Below, piece by piece: positions 54,401 through 64,000 of a DNA stretch of 64,000 nt. The DNA comes from Gekko japonicus (Eukaryota). The first letter of the stretch is position 1; the number at the start of each line of letters is the position of its first letter. Under the pieces are notes generated by a model, which saw nothing but the letters and a program-made list of their open reading frames with translations, made no database searches and had not been told where the DNA came from. The DNA lies in the NCBI RefSeq assembly GCF_001447785.1, contig NW_015160922.1, forward strand, positions 124,001-188,000, in the 5' to 3' direction. A program made the translations under genes and the position numbers.

Positions 54401-57400
54401 GACGTCGAAAGCAAGCCCTGGCGCCCCCATCAGTGCCCACAGGATCTTTGACAAGGGGAAGAGCTGGGCATCAGGACTGCAGAGTCCTGGACACGAGCCA
54501 GACTCACCTGATTCCCCACCAATTTCATAACAGCTTAGGGGAACCAGTCCATAGCCAAGTTATACCCTTCTTAGCCCACTGACTTCAGTAGAATTAGAAT
54601 GGCATAATTTAGGACTGGTCACTAGCAGTCTGCAGGGACTCAAGGACGGACTGGACACACAGGAGTTAGCCATGGTGTGAGAAGTATGTGGAAGATCAAG
54701 AGAAGCTCTTTTAGGATCAGGTGAAGTGGAATCAGGACTGGGGACACACCAGACCAGGCAAGCTCAACAGAAAGGCTCAGGAGTGCACAGGGCAAGAAGA
54801 AACACAATGACGAAAAATAGGTCATTACCAGGGAGGAGGAGGAGGAGGAGGGCACACATGTTATGAAGAAGAAGAGATTGGATTTATACCCCGCCCGTCA
54901 CCACCTGAAGGAGTCTCAGAGTGGCTTACAATCTCCCTCCCATCCTCTTCCCACAACAGATGCCCTGTGAGGTAGGTGGGGCTGAGACAGCTCTTTCAAG
55001 AACTGCTCCTGAGAAAACAGCTCTAAAAGATCTTGTAACTGAACCAAGGTCACAACAGCAGCTGCACGTGAAGGAGTGGGGACTCAAACCCAGTTCTCCC
55101 AGATTAGAGTCCGTGCTCCTAACTACTACACCAAACTGGCTCTCAACACACAGTTGCCTGTACAAAAGTATTTTGCCCACATCGCTTGGGGCCAATGGGT
55201 CAGGGCGATTAAAGGCAGGTCCAGATTGGTGTAGTGGTTAAGGGCACAGACTCTAATCTGGGAGAACCAGGTTTGATTCCCCACTTCTCCACTTGCAGCT
55301 GCTGGATGACCTTGAGCAACCGATAGTTCTGGCACAGCTGTTCTTGAAAAAGAGAAGTCTCTGTCAGAGCTCTCTCAGCCCCACCTACCTCACAGGGTGT
55401 CTGTTGTGGGGAGGGGAAGGGAAAGGAGTTTGTAAGTCGCTCTGAGACTCCTTTGGTTAGTGAAGGACAGGGGGTATAAATCCAATCGCCTCTTCTTCTT
55501 CAGATGGCAACTAAAGGCAGGTCCTGAGCCGGCTTTGGCTGGGAGGGTGGGGTAGAAATTCGAACAATAAATAAAATAAAAATCATTCCAGGGCAGGGCC
55601 GAGAGGCAATATTGACAACAGCTGAGGCAGGTGACAGGACAGTCAGAGGCTCTCTGCATAGTCCCGCAGGCAGAACGTTCTTTCAGCCGTGGTTCTGCTT
55701 CCCCAGGAAGTATGATAAAACCTCAACTACACAGTGGAGAACACTCATAAAAGGACATATAGGATTTAACACACCTCCCTTTTATTATGGCCCCTTTCTA
55801 CCATACAGACTTCTAACACGAGGACGCTTCATTTGCAATCTGATGACACTGCGTGAAAGACCAAAAGGATATTCCAGATTGAATGTCCTTTCTAGGGCAG
55901 AATTTCTTGAACCTTGGATACCAAGGGGAAAGAATCATTAACAGCATTTCGAGGTGGAGTAGTAACAGCAGCATTGAGGGCACGAGGTAGAGGTCCCTGG
56001 CTCAACTCGGTGGTCTTAAACAAGCCACTTCCTTCCTGGCTCCACTTCCCATCTGTAATACAGGAATAAAAGTCACAGTGCCCTCATTTAAAGGTCTGCT
56101 GCAAGGATTTCCACGTGTTACGATTAGGAATGGGGAGACCCAGGTTCATATCCCCCACATCTGGCCATGAAGTTCACTGGATGATCTTGGACCAGTCGCA
56201 CACACTGCCTAACCTACCTCACAGGATTGATGTGAAGAGAACAATGGAGGAGGAGAGAATTATGCATGCTGCCATGAACTCCTCGAAGAAAGAACAGGAT
56301 GAAAAGGTAACAAAGTAAATAAATATACTTCAGTACTTCCTACCCCACCCTGGTTGGCCTCCATCTCCGGTAGAGAGATACGAACAGTAAGGACCATCTA
56401 AGGCCTAATTTGAGTCAAGGCCGTAGTACACACACAAGTGCCTCAAGAGTATGAGCAGAACAGAAGGCAGGTAAGGACAGTTTTTAGACAAGCTTCGGTC
56501 CCAACAGCCCTCTTTCAAGTTCCACACGGATGGGAAGCAGGGGTACGAACAGGCACCCATCTTGCTTCTGTTGAAATAGCACCTAGGAGGGGCAAAACTC
56601 AAAGCCAGTACTCAGGGTGCTAACAAAACACGAATCTCGGATATCTTGGTGAAAGCTCATGCCTTCTCCAGCAACTTGGTTATGCTTCTTGAGAAAACAC
56701 AGCTTTGCCCTTGTTCAGAGTAATCTGGGTTTACAAGAGAGCATGAGCATGGGGTTCACACATATGGGAAACCGGCATGTCCAAAACAAGACAGCATCGC
56801 AGATACTCATAGGCTGCGGTCACACGGAGCAGTAGCCACGCTACTGCGACGGAAGATAGGCGGATTTTCCGGGCGCAATCTCACCGCCACATCTGGGAAG
56901 CATAGAGCTCCCGTGGCAATCCCGAGGCTTCCCTCCGAAGATGCGCGGTTAAAAACTAGTACCTCGGAGGTACTAGTTTCCGGAAACCGCGGGGCAAGGG
57001 TGGGCGTCTGATCGCGTTTCCGGTGGCATCCGGCGCCCGCCCATGCCCCATTGCGAAAAGGGTTGTTTTTTTTTTTAAGTCTCCAGGGATGCACACAAGC
57101 ACCCAATGGGGCATGCGCATACTTCAGGTTAAAAAAACAACAACACAACCCCATTTGCTGCGCCGCTTCTTTGGCGCGTCGTATGATCGGCACCTCCCCC
57201 CTAACCACGGGAACTCAACGGGACCGCGAGGGGACGCCTGATCGCGCAGTCGCGCATTATTTCGCTGCGGGGCAAACAGCCACGGCCTCCCCCCCGCGAT
57301 ATCCGGCCCGTGTGACTGGGCCCATTGATGAATTAATTCCTGTCATATTATTGCATAGTTCCCAGGAAGCAACGTGTGCATTCTACCTGGCATCGGCAAT

Positions 57401-60400
57401 CAGGTACTCTAGAGTACATATAGCAATATTGTGGTGCTTTTAAAATGTCATAAGCACAAGATCACGCGAAGTACAAGCGGAAGGCTCTAATGCAGTGCCC
57501 CATCTACTTCTCAAAAGCCAAACGCATGACAGTGTGCTTTCCACACCACACCTATGGACACACAACTATCCCTCTGCATCTCAAAATCCCCTTTATGTGC
57601 TCCAGAGCTCTTCAGGCACAAGGGGGGGGGGGGAGCCTTTTTCTTTTCTTTTTTTTTTACTTTGATAGAAGATTCCATGCTCCACATCAGCGGCAAGCAC
57701 CATCTTGCTCATCCTCCAGGAGAGATGCAACGCTGTGTGGGTTGGGTGCATGTACACACATGCCGGCTCGAGTGGGGCTACAGCAAGAACAAAAGGACAA
57801 ATTATGTGGTAGGGAGACTGTTATTTCCATGATCCCTGGGCAAACCCTGGTGGTCGGACATTTTATGAAGACAGACCAGTCCAATAGTAGGGTTATACCT
57901 TTCTGTTAGCATCAACTGATAATTACAATCATTACAATTAGTACCATAGCAATAGCTGCAATTACAAAAATTCTGAAAGGTATTTCGCTATTGTTGCTTT
58001 TGGACTTTCTCCACCTGGCAAGCCCAGCTGCCTGCAATTTTTGACAAGGAAAGGGGAGAGGAAGTCCCCTCTTACACAAGAGGGACCCCACCTGCTCATT
58101 TAGACGGGTGGGCTGCGCTGTCAGCCACAGGAAGGGGCACAGGACCAGGGCAAACGGCTCACAGCATTTACAAGGACTGAGGTGAGGGAGGAAAAAAACT
58201 GCTTTAAGGGCTGCAGTGATGCTTACCTCCTACGCTGACTGGTACTTGGATTAGCCCAAATTCTTCCCTTGCAGTGGATCCAGTCTAAGCCGGCTAGGGT
58301 TTGTAGCAGGCTCATTGCATCCGATGGGCAGAGAATATGTGCCAGGAAACAGGGCTTTCAAAAAATCAGAATTCAACCCGGCAATGCACTTGGGAACTGA
58401 ATGGGTTTCTGGGTTTTTTGGAAAACTAGACAGGCCTGTAACCCCTCAAGACATCATCCCAAAATGATCTTACTTTCCTTGCCCTGCATATGCCTGGCTC
58501 TTTTATTTTGGAAGCAAAACATTCACTATCACCCTCCTCAAGGGAGTAGCCAGAAGCCTGGAATGTCATTTCAAAACCTTCCTATATGTGCACTTCCACG
58601 GAAAGGCAAAGTGGTGTAGCGGTCAAGAGTGTCAGACTCGATCTGGGAGATGTGGGTTCAAATCCGCACCCAGTTATGAAGCGGACTAGATGATCTTGTC
58701 CTTCATGCACTCTCAGCCAAAACTACCACAAATGATTGTCATGAGGATAAAGAGAGGCAGGAAAGAGTCATAACCAGTGTTCCCACTCAGCTGAGTTAGT
58801 GTGAGCTAGCTCACAGTTTTTTAGCCTCTGGCTCACACATCTTTGTCTTAGCCCAGGAAGGATGGCTCCAGAGCAAACTAATATATGCAGTAGCCAAATC
58901 GCTCACTCACAACTTTCATGCCAGTAGCTCACAGAATAGAATTTTTGCTCACAAGACTCCACAGCTTAGAGGGAGCCTTGGTCATAACCACCGCCTTGAA
59001 TTCCTCGGGGAAAGGGTGGAAACAGAAATGTCTAGCTATGAAGTTAGAAACTCACAGTGGTGTTGGGGATCCCCCTCCCTCAACATTCCCACACACGACT
59101 TGCCTCCTACGGTTTTTCCTTTAATGTAGTGACAGAGGGACTCCCACGTTCTGCCACCTGTTTTACAGCCTTGCTTTTGTTCACTTTCACAATCGCCCTG
59201 GCAAGATAAGCGACTAAACCCATTTTGTTTAGGGGAAATTGAAAGAGAAAGCCTAAACCACAAACTAAAGCCCTGGTTAAAGACTCACGCATTCTCTTCC
59301 AGATCCAAATATATACTGCAGCTAATCCGAGGGCCACAATAGCTCAAGGCCAATGCTCCTCTCATCAAAGTGGTACTACAGCAACAATCCAATTTGCCCC
59401 AGAATCACCATTTTTAGCTTCTCAACGCTCAGTGAGATGGGTCAGGCTGAGAGAGGCCTCCGTGAACCACCCAGTGAGTTTCACAGCTTGCAGGGGTTGC
59501 AATCAAGTTTCCCAAACACCACTCCAACCACTGCACTACACTGCCCACTGCCTCTACTACGGTGGTCATCTTGTTTGGCCTTCATAACAGCCCATGCCCC
59601 CATTGATTCTACTGCTGTAGGACAGTGACAAGAGCGCTTTCCTTAGCAGCACTGGCAAAACCTGTGCCTGAGATCCCACCTGCCATCAGAGCATCCAGGC
59701 ACCATCACATTAGATGGCCTACCGCTTCTGACTCCGTACAGAGCATTGCCTATCTCTCCCCTTTCTGCCCCACAATTTGGATCAACAACCACGTCCCTTA
59801 GTCAGTCCTTAAGTAAACAGGGGCACTACACATCTGCCAGACATCTAACAGAATTAAACAGAGTTCATATTGGGCAGGGATGAAGAAAATGGTCAGTTGT
59901 CAAGCCCTCTTTGAAAAAAACCATGCCGGGAAACAAATCCTAGTGCAAACCCTGTATTTAATGCGTCTAGGAAACTGTTTATTCTCCACTTTACCTGCTT
60001 TTCCATGGCCATAAGCAAGTACATCGATACCAACTCCCATTCTCAGTATCAGTTCCTGAGTATCCCTGTATTGTTCAGAGGAACTGGTTGACCACTGTGT
60101 GAGACAGGATGCTGGACTAGATGGACCACTGGTCTGATCCAGCAGGGCTCTTCTTATGTTGATTTAAAAGTCAACCATAAGAGCAGTGAGCATGGATTGC
60201 ATTCTTTTAAGTGCATCACCACTGCCACATGGAGAACAAAACGTCCATATAAGAGTACTCTGTACAGTATGAAGTGTTAATAAACTGCCTAGCGTACACA
60301 TATCAATTCAGCTGCAAACTTCCTTCCCAACCTTTTGGTCCTTGCTACCTGGGAAGAAGAATCCAGCTACTCAAGCTTCAAGACATCTATGAACCCTTCC

Positions 60401-62943
60401 AGCTCTCCAGTGATTTCTGCAGCCTACATCTGAATTTTCAAACTGTCTGCTTGAGTGAAGAAAGGACAGAATGGCTCTTTGCCAAACGGCAAGCAAAATG
60501 ATTGTGCAGCTATTCTCCCAACCCCAGCACCTGAATTACGTGCTCTCGGTACCTGTACAACAGTACAGAGAGCACAGAAAGTGTGTGTAACATAATAAGC
60601 ATCACACAATGGGAAGTCCCTGGTTAAAACTACCTCAGACAAACTCACTGGGTAGGCTAAGGAAAGCAGCTATCTACTTCAGCCCTCATGGGGTGATAAT
60701 ACTGGCCTGCCTTGTACTGCTATAGGAAAGGTTAGAGACAACATGTAGGGCACTGAGCATTTCAAGAAAGTGCTATAGAACTGTAATGATTTCATGGCTG
60801 GGCCACTCCAGCTGTGGGTCTCACACGACTGGCAGCCCAAGAAAAAAGCCAGGGCCCAGAGGAGGCTTAAAGTTTCAGCCAGAAACACGCCCAGTGTGCC
60901 AATCTGAAAGCTGCTGTGCGGCTTGCCAGATCCTACCAACTGAACTTTGATACCATGACACTGATAATCTCCCCTCCCACTAATACCCTAAGACTGGGGG
61001 CCTTATAAATTTAAGGGTGATCAAATACAGGGTTGGCCTTCGGTGTCATGTCTGAGGGGGCTTGCCCCAAGACATAAAAACCCAGTTAGGCCTGTTTTCT
61101 CTGCATTCAGGAATTTCAGGAGCACCACGCACACTTCTGGAGGCATTCCGGAACCTCTCTCCTTCACAGACAGCAGAATCAGTACACCACTGCTGACCTC
61201 TCCTAAAACTGTTTTATGATCTTCCAGCTGCTCACCTTCATGACCTCGAGGTGGCTACTATTGCTTATCTTATGATCAACAGTAATGGGTCACTAAAACT
61301 GGCCTTCTAGAGATGAGAATCTGCAAGCATGAGAAATCACAGACTATGACAGTCCCACAAGGAGGGTGAGAAGACACACATCTGAAGACCCAAACAGGTG
61401 GCATTCGACTTCATCTAAGTATTACCATTTTTCACCCAAACAAAAGGAAGGAAAAGCTATTATTCTGCTTCATCCTTCCTTCTAAACACAAACATCTTCT
61501 ATTATTCTGCTTCATTCTTCCTTCTAAACACAAACATCTTTTCCCTCGCACACACACTGATTTTACTGGCTCATTCTCAGTTTTTCCACCACCTACTTTG
61601 GCTGCCGGGAAAACCCCACATCCAAAGCAAGTTTCACTTTTAGATTTCCGAGGCCAAGCTCTCTGAAACCTTCAGCCTATTTTTTGCCAATCGCAGGCAT
61701 GAGAGAACATGAGAGGAGCGGAAGGCAGCCACAACAGCTGTTTCGACAACCCCCAGCCCAGCCACCAGATCTAGTAACGCTGCTGTCCCTCTTTCAGCAC
61801 AGGAGGCCGGGGATTAAAGGCAGTCAGGAAGCAACCCCACAGGACTACTCCACCCTGTCTGTTTTGGAGCACCCGTGTAGACAGTTCACTGATTGAATCC
61901 TTTTTCCCTAGCAAAGCACATCTACAGACAAGCCAAACCAGAATAGGCCTTTCACAAAGAAAGCCCTATGGGACAGAGCTTCAGGGAAGGGACTATACAG
62001 GCACGTTGTAGCTGGAAACTAGGGCAGAGCTGCCCTACCTAGTACTGTGTTGAAAGAAAAGGGGGGGGGAGCAGAAAGATCTTCTGGAAATAATCCAGAG
62101 CTGAATAAATCACCACTCATTTGATCTGTGCAATGAGACAATTACCCAATGCTACAAACTAAACAGGTGGTGTTATTCACTGAGGTGCCTCCCGGCAAGC
62201 AAAGGCAAAGGCTGAGAACAATGGAGCTGCTTTAATTCCCAACCAAGATGTCTTCTGACCAAGGGAAAGATTCCTAGAATCCTCCTTGGCTACCCAAGCC
62301 AATGGAGGAGGGTTAAACCAGGCAACTTTCTCTCACAACATTTTCCCTTCCGAAAGTCACTCGGGAATCTCCCAGCAGTCCCCTTCTCCCCACCACCCCT
62401 GCTGACAAACTGCACAAAGTGAAGCCGCCTTACCTCTTTGGTTAGATCTCCATTCATTGGAGGAGCCACGGCGCCCAAGTCTTCCAGCTCTTCGCCAAAG
62501 CCTTGCTCTGCTCCACTTTCCCTCACCACATTGTCTGGGACGGTCCCGTCTTGCAAGCCGCCACCATTCTCAAGGACAATGCCCGTGCTGGGCTGAGCAC
62601 CGGAGACGGAGCCTTCGGGATCTCGATGTACCAGCCAGGCATTGACTTCTGTGGTGGGCACCTGGAACCGGTCCAGGGCCCTCACCTGGTTAAGAAGCCG
62701 GCGAGCTGTGAAATAGTAGTCCAGGTCTACACTTTTGGGATGGATAACATAGCCGTCTAAAGTATTGCGCAGGTTGTGGAACTGTGTCTGAGTGTAAGCT
62801 GAGCTCTGGCCCAGAAAGATCTCCCGCAGAGGGGGAAGGTGAGAGTTCAGGTAGGTATCTACGTCCACCCTCACTCCGATCAGGCTGAGGAGAATGGTGA
62901 ACTGGATGAGTCCCTCTGTGAAATATTTCTTCAAAGAAAGCAT
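41110..62943 (-). CDS. NFE2L1: NFE2L1 (Nrf1/TCF11) CNC-bZIP factor, 767 aa; exons 62434-62943, 45915-46139, 44379-44468, 43751-43912, 41110-42426
   Basis: All phase-0 GT/AG junctions; [23 protein letters not shown] (ER anchor), VNAW|LVH DDI2 site, [27 protein letters not shown] sequons, DSGLS, Ser-rich tract, CNC-b[21 protein letters not shown]. Confidence 0.98.
43751..43912 (-). CDS. NFE2L1: NFE2L1 exon, Neh5L
   Basis: FPAADAPS...[29 protein letters not shown], 162 nt. Confidence 0.95.
44379..44468 (-). CDS. NFE2L1: NFE2L1 90-nt Neh4L cassette exon (TCF11-specific in mammals)
   Basis: [30 protein letters not shown]; ttccag acceptor, gtgggt donor. Confidence 0.93.
45915..46139 (-). CDS. NFE2L1: NFE2L1 exon, Neh2-like (DLG/ETGE)
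   Basis: [30 protein letters not shown]...[13 protein letters not shown], 225 nt. Confidence 0.96.
48837..48878. repeat. (CA)n microsatellite
   Basis: Interrupted CA run. Confidence 0.9.
51961..52605 (+). mobile_element. RTE/BovB LINE 3' fragment interrupted by a templated insertion; short tails also at ~20458-20497 and ~38103-38158
   Basis: [38 protein letters not shown]...LKYFGH...MLGKIEG..RMRWLD; (CAA)n tail. Confidence 0.9.
54866..55501. mobile_element. Head-to-head pair of Squam3-like SINEs (54866-55144 -, 55221-55501 +)
   Basis: Two full copies in opposite orientation ~77 bp apart. Confidence 0.8.
56812..57323. mobile_element. CpG-rich non-autonomous DNA transposon, possibly PIF/Harbinger-like
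   Basis: Imperfect TIR ggctgcggtcacacgg / ccgtgtgactgggccc; internal inverted arms; abrupt CpG enrichment; TSD unclear. Confidence 0.5.
61457..61540. repeat. 42-bp tandem duplication
   Basis: ctattattctgcttcatYcttccttctaaacacaaacatctt x2. Confidence 0.85.
62434..62943 (-). CDS. NFE2L1: NFE2L1 first coding exon (170 aa; exon probably begins ~63482)
   Basis: MLSLKK...NGDLTKE; donor gtaagg; candidate acceptor gtttgctgtgtttcag ending 63483. Confidence 0.97.
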
Positions 62944-64000
62944 TTCTGTAAGAGGAGAAGCAAAGGCATGCAGCAGGGTTTTTGTAAAAGCCACACTTTG
63001 CCCAGCTGGCTCTCCACACAGTTGTTTATGGAATCAAAAACACTCAACTGTGTTCAGCTCAGTTTACAATGAAACGCAAAATCGAACAGGCTGCCACCAA
63101 AAGGACCAACACAAGGTTCTCAAAATCTCCAGAAGCAAAGAAGGCTGTCTCTCATCAGAACTCCTGTCCGTTCTGGTGTTCTCTGCCTCCTCAGAACTAC
63201 AAACTGTTTTGTAACCAAGCCGAGGCAGTTGCATATAAGCCCACGTGACTTACTGTCTCACAGAGTCCACAAACGGCAACTTCCTTGAGCCGTTCTTGCT
63301 TCCCACACCGACAACAAGACGGGACAAGTCCGCTGGAACAGCTGCAGCTTTACGTTCTCTCCCCTCCCTCTTCCTCCTCCGGCTCTGAGACGCTTTCCTG
63401 AAGGAGCACTTAGAGTCCAAGACTCCCAGGGAGGGAAAGGTTCAAAGACTCTTCCACTGCTTGCTGCAGGTTTCGTCAGATACTGAAACACAGCAAACAA
63501 ATGAAGGTGATAAGACACGGGGGAGACGCACCCTTTGGCATTAGCTCTCATCCTCATTTATGGGTCACAAGGAACCCATGTCGCACAGCCTCTGCCTAGC
63601 TCAAAGAACAAATGTACATGACATGACACCAAAGAAAGCCAATGTTAAGTTTGGGTCAGGGTTGTCCCAATGCTCCCACCGTGTTCCATTCTCAGTTCTA
63701 AGCAAAATCAACTTTCCCTTTCTGCTGGGTCACCTCCGCTGCGCTTTCTGCTCCCTTTCACTCCTCAGCAAGACAGAGCAAAGTGCCAACCAGTCCACAT
63801 TGCAAGAACGCTGGCGCCGGCCTCCCTCTTCAGCCATCCTGCCTCCTCTACCTGCTGACAGCTTGCAGTCAAAGCATGCTGATGAAGCCTTTCATGCAGT
63901 GTGACCTTCTGATCAGTTTACAATGAGGGCAAGCGCTGGGGTCAGCTTCTGGCTTCAGAGGACTGGGGAGCTATTCAACAACACCAGACACATCTGCAGA

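Noticed and set aside
55221-55290. tRNA gene-like sequences (here and at other SINE heads)
   Set aside because: SINE heads; no complete cloverleaf
62290-62433. ORF continuation past DLTKE
   Set aside because: Read-through into the intron beyond the gtaagg donor
62944-62994. 17-aa N-terminal extension of NFE2L1 in the ORF track
   Set aside because: Starts at GTG; the conserved start is MLSLKK at 62943

Overview
Vertebrate genomic DNA, most likely a squamate and probably a gecko given the SINE/MITE complement. It covers the conserved SNX11 - CBX1 - NFE2L1 block. SNX11 (- strand) is partial: three coding exons, with the rest running off the left edge. CBX1/HP1-beta (+ strand) is complete: 4 coding exons, 185 aa. 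NFE2L1/Nrf1/TCF11 (- strand) has a complete CDS: 5 coding exons, 767 aa. SNX11 and CBX1 are divergent from two CpG-rich promoters carrying ZNF143-type motifs; CBX1 and NFE2L1 are convergent. Introns and intergenic DNA are dense in repeats: a decayed L2 LINE, BovB/RTE, CR1 and L1 fragments, Sauria/Squam3-like/5S-derived SINEs, several hAT MITE families with 8-bp TSDs, and Penelope-like terminal fragments. There are two N gaps. Most ORF-track entries are spurious. I found no convincing new multi-gene system. The best leads are hammerhead-ribozyme-like cores in the Penelope-like fragments, a degenerate ~42-bp repeat with candidate alternative first exons in NFE2L1 intron 2, a composite CpG-rich hAT element between the two promoters, a locally templated insertion inside a BovB copy, uORFs abutting the SNX11 and NFE2L1 starts, and loss of an FBXW7-degron proline in NFE2L1. 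Comparisons with mammalian sequences are from memory and were not computed.
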